Origin: Paramoeba atlantica
Taxonomy: Eukaryota; Protista; Discosea
DNA length: 64,000 nt
NCBI GenBank assembly: GCA_977017575.1
Contig: CDRNVI010000044.1
Location: forward strand, 186,001-250,000
Reading direction: 5' to 3'
Shown: piece after piece, positions 62,132-64,000 of the stretch
Layout of the letters: each line of letters begins with the position of its first letter
Numbering within the stretch: the stretch's first letter is position 1
Made by a program: the position numbers and the translations under genes
The notes under the pieces: model-generated
The model's database searches: none
What the model was told of the DNA's origin: nothing
What the model saw: the letters and a program-made list of their open reading frames with translations, nothing else

Positions 62132-64000
62132 ATGAGAGTTTTCCACTATACACCTCCGTTAAGAGAACGCTTGTCACAGAGCTTTTCCGTTACACCTTGC
62201 CTGCGATGCTCCATGCCTGTAGCTTCGCGTCCACCTAACAAGTATCGAGAACAACTGCTGTCAAGAATACAGATACATCCCCTAAGGGAAAGAATTCGAG
62301 CCCATGTAGCCGAGCATCGAATTAGCATAATTACAGGAAAGGCGGGTTGTGGAAAGAGCACTGCTATTCCATACTACTTGGCTACCGAGCAGAGTTTGAT
62401 TTCTTCATCAGAAAACAGGAAAAAGCGGATATGGGTACTACAGCCCACACGTCTTGCTTGTCAAAATGTTGCAGGACAGTCTAGTGTTCTCTTTGATAGC
62501 CCCATAGGAGACAAAGTGGGACTTGCGCTGTCCAGTGATGCCCAGTACAGTGCGCACTCTGAAGTTATCTATGCAACGACGGGCTACGCCGCTCGATATT
62601 TTTTCATGCACGGTATGAGAAGTGTTGTTGTTTCTCCTACCCACATTATATTTGACGAGGCCCACGAACGGTCGTTAGATTTTGACCTGTTGACTATGTG
62701 GCTTCAGAATCAAGAATATGATGGGAGAGTTATATTCATATCCGCAACACTGGATGCGGAATATTACTCTACGCGGTACTTTTTAAACGCAAGCGCCATA
62801 TTAAATTTGGATCTTTCATTGCCAGAGGGCAGTTCTTCAATACCATCTGGTTTCATAGTACGTACCGCGTTTAGTGATAACTGCCACTTCGACTGGGTTT
62901 CGGCGCCATTACTTCGCATTTTGAAGTCCGTCAATCGTACAGTACCGACCCTGCTTGATGATTACACTATTGGATGTCGTGTCATAGCGGAGTGGGCAGC
63001 TTTGCATAAAGGAAGGACGAATTCCGTGCTGGTCTTTTTACCTGGTCACCAAGAAATTCTCATGTTTCAAGATTTTCTGCGTCGGGTTAGTAAAGATCAG
63101 TGTGCGAATTGGAAAATACAACTTCTATGTAAGGAAACCCTTTCTTCTGAGTCTGATGCAGAATTTTCAGGCGATGAAAGTGAGGCCGTGAAAGAATGCG
63201 GAGAAAACACGGTTTGGTTGTCTACAGAATTGGGCGAAACTTCACTGACACTTGCAAACGTCGGACTGGTTCTTGACTATGGATGCCATCGAGTTACTCA
63301 AGCGACAGGACATTGCAATGGGTTTGCGGAGAAAAAACTTGTCTTAGAATGGTGCTCAAAGTCAAGCATATTACAACGGCGGGGACGTGTTGGTCGCACG
63401 CAAAATGGTTATGTGCTACATCTGTTTTCCGAAGCGTTCTATTGTGATTTACCAGATTATGGTATGGCGGAGCACACTCGCACATCAAATCGTGATATAA
63501 TTCTTCAACTCGTTTGTATGGATCCTTATTGGCGCCGAACTTCTCATTTGCTCAAAAATTGTAGGTTGCCACCACTTGCGTTATCATCCCATGCCGTACA
63601 AGCCGCACTATCAGATCTAAAATCATCTGGCATCATATCTGTCGTCATCTCGGAAAAAAAGAATGACGAAGTGGATAGTATTATTCAAGTCAGTGACATC
63701 GGAATGATATCACATGGTTTACGTCTAAGCATTGAGTTGTCAAAGCTACTTCATCTTTCCCTACGAATGGGTGATCCAGAAATTGTTGTACTTGCCTTAT
63801 TAACGTGTGCACTCGACACGATTGCTACAGATATTCATGACACACCTAGAAATAAGAACAGCCAGGTTCGTCTATATAGCAAGATAGGTAAAACGAAGGA
63901 GAGGTATCTAAGAGGAAAAGCGAAAATCATAGGCAATTGCTTTTCAGATAATTTGCTGCACGTTGAGATAATGAGACAGTGGATCAGGCATCAAGATCCT
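62132..64000 (+). CDS. DEAH-box RNA helicase, 3'-partial (absent from the ORF track because no stop falls in the window)
   Basis: Frame from ATG 62132: ITGKAGCGKST, IFDEAHERS, ISAT, VLVFLPGHQEI, STELGETSLT, and QRRGRVGR. Confidence 0.9.
   Translation, partial: MRVFHYTPPLRERLSQSFSVTPCLRCSMPVASRPPNKYREQLLSRIQIHPLRERIRAHVAEHRISIITGKAGCGKSTAIPYYLATEQSLISSSENRKKRIWVLQPTRLACQNVAGQSSVLFDSPIGDKVGLALSSDAQYSAHSEVIYATTGYAARYFFMHGMRSVVVSPTHIIFDEAHERSLDFDLLTMWLQNQEYDGRVIFISATLDAEYYSTRYFLNASAILNLDLSLPEGSSSIPSGFIVRTAFSDNCHFDWVSAPLLRILKSVNRTVPTLLDDYTIGCRVIAEWAALHKGRTNSVLVFLPGHQEILMFQDFLRRVSKDQCANWKIQLLCKETLSSESDAEFSGDESEAVKECGENTVWLSTELGETSLTLANVGLVLDYGCHRVTQATGHCNGFAEKKLVLEWCSKSSILQRRGRVGRTQNGYVLHLFSEAFYCDLPDYGMAEHTRTSNRDIILQLVCMDPYWRRTSHLLKNCRLPPLALSSHAVQAALSDLKSSGIISVVISEKKNDEVDSIIQVSDIGMISHGLRLSIELSKLLHLSLRMGDPEIVVLALLTCALDTIATDIHDTPRNKNSQVRLYSKIGKTKERYLRGKAKIIGNCFSDNLLHVEIMRQWIRHQDP

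Noticed and set aside
1-64000. Spliced-leader RNA, U snRNA, 5S rRNA or tRNA genes
   Set aside because: I looked by eye for their conserved motifs and found none; a covariance-model scan could still reveal divergent copies.

Overview
Eukaryotic, gene-dense window. About 27 apparently intron-less genes lie head-to-tail on the + strand, several preceded by pyrimidine tracts ending in AG. This layout, the tandem snoRNAs, a two-domain AMP deaminase and multi-winged-helix proteins best fit a kinetoplastid polycistronic unit from a compact, Perkinsela-like genome (inference, not proven). Housekeeping genes include an SLC25 carrier, IPI1-like, PQ-loop, TFIIA-like, ABCF, a Kv-type K+ channel, NOB1, SBDS-like, an FtsH/m-AAA protease, WD40, SNF2-RING, COX11, BTB, eIF3j-like, AMPD, UTP22/NOL6, RecQ and a DEAH helicase that runs off the end. 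The 1.05-6.97 kb gap is a transposon graveyard. Its main content is a frameshifted hAT-type transposase that can be rebuilt from end to end (D, D, CxxH, TRW, WW/FP/CxxxFS) and is split by a nested Merlin/IS1595-type DDE fragment. Other points of note are a 39-aa metallothionein-like ORF, a C/D snoRNA cluster with rRNA-antisense guides (37.8-38.7 kb), repeated focal C-rich to G-rich skew flips inside genes, a lone antisense gene with two frameshifts, a SNF2 with a degenerate ATPase, and a PAN plus bulb-lectin-like surface protein. All protein family calls come from motif recognition by eye against remembered consensus sequences; no searches were run.
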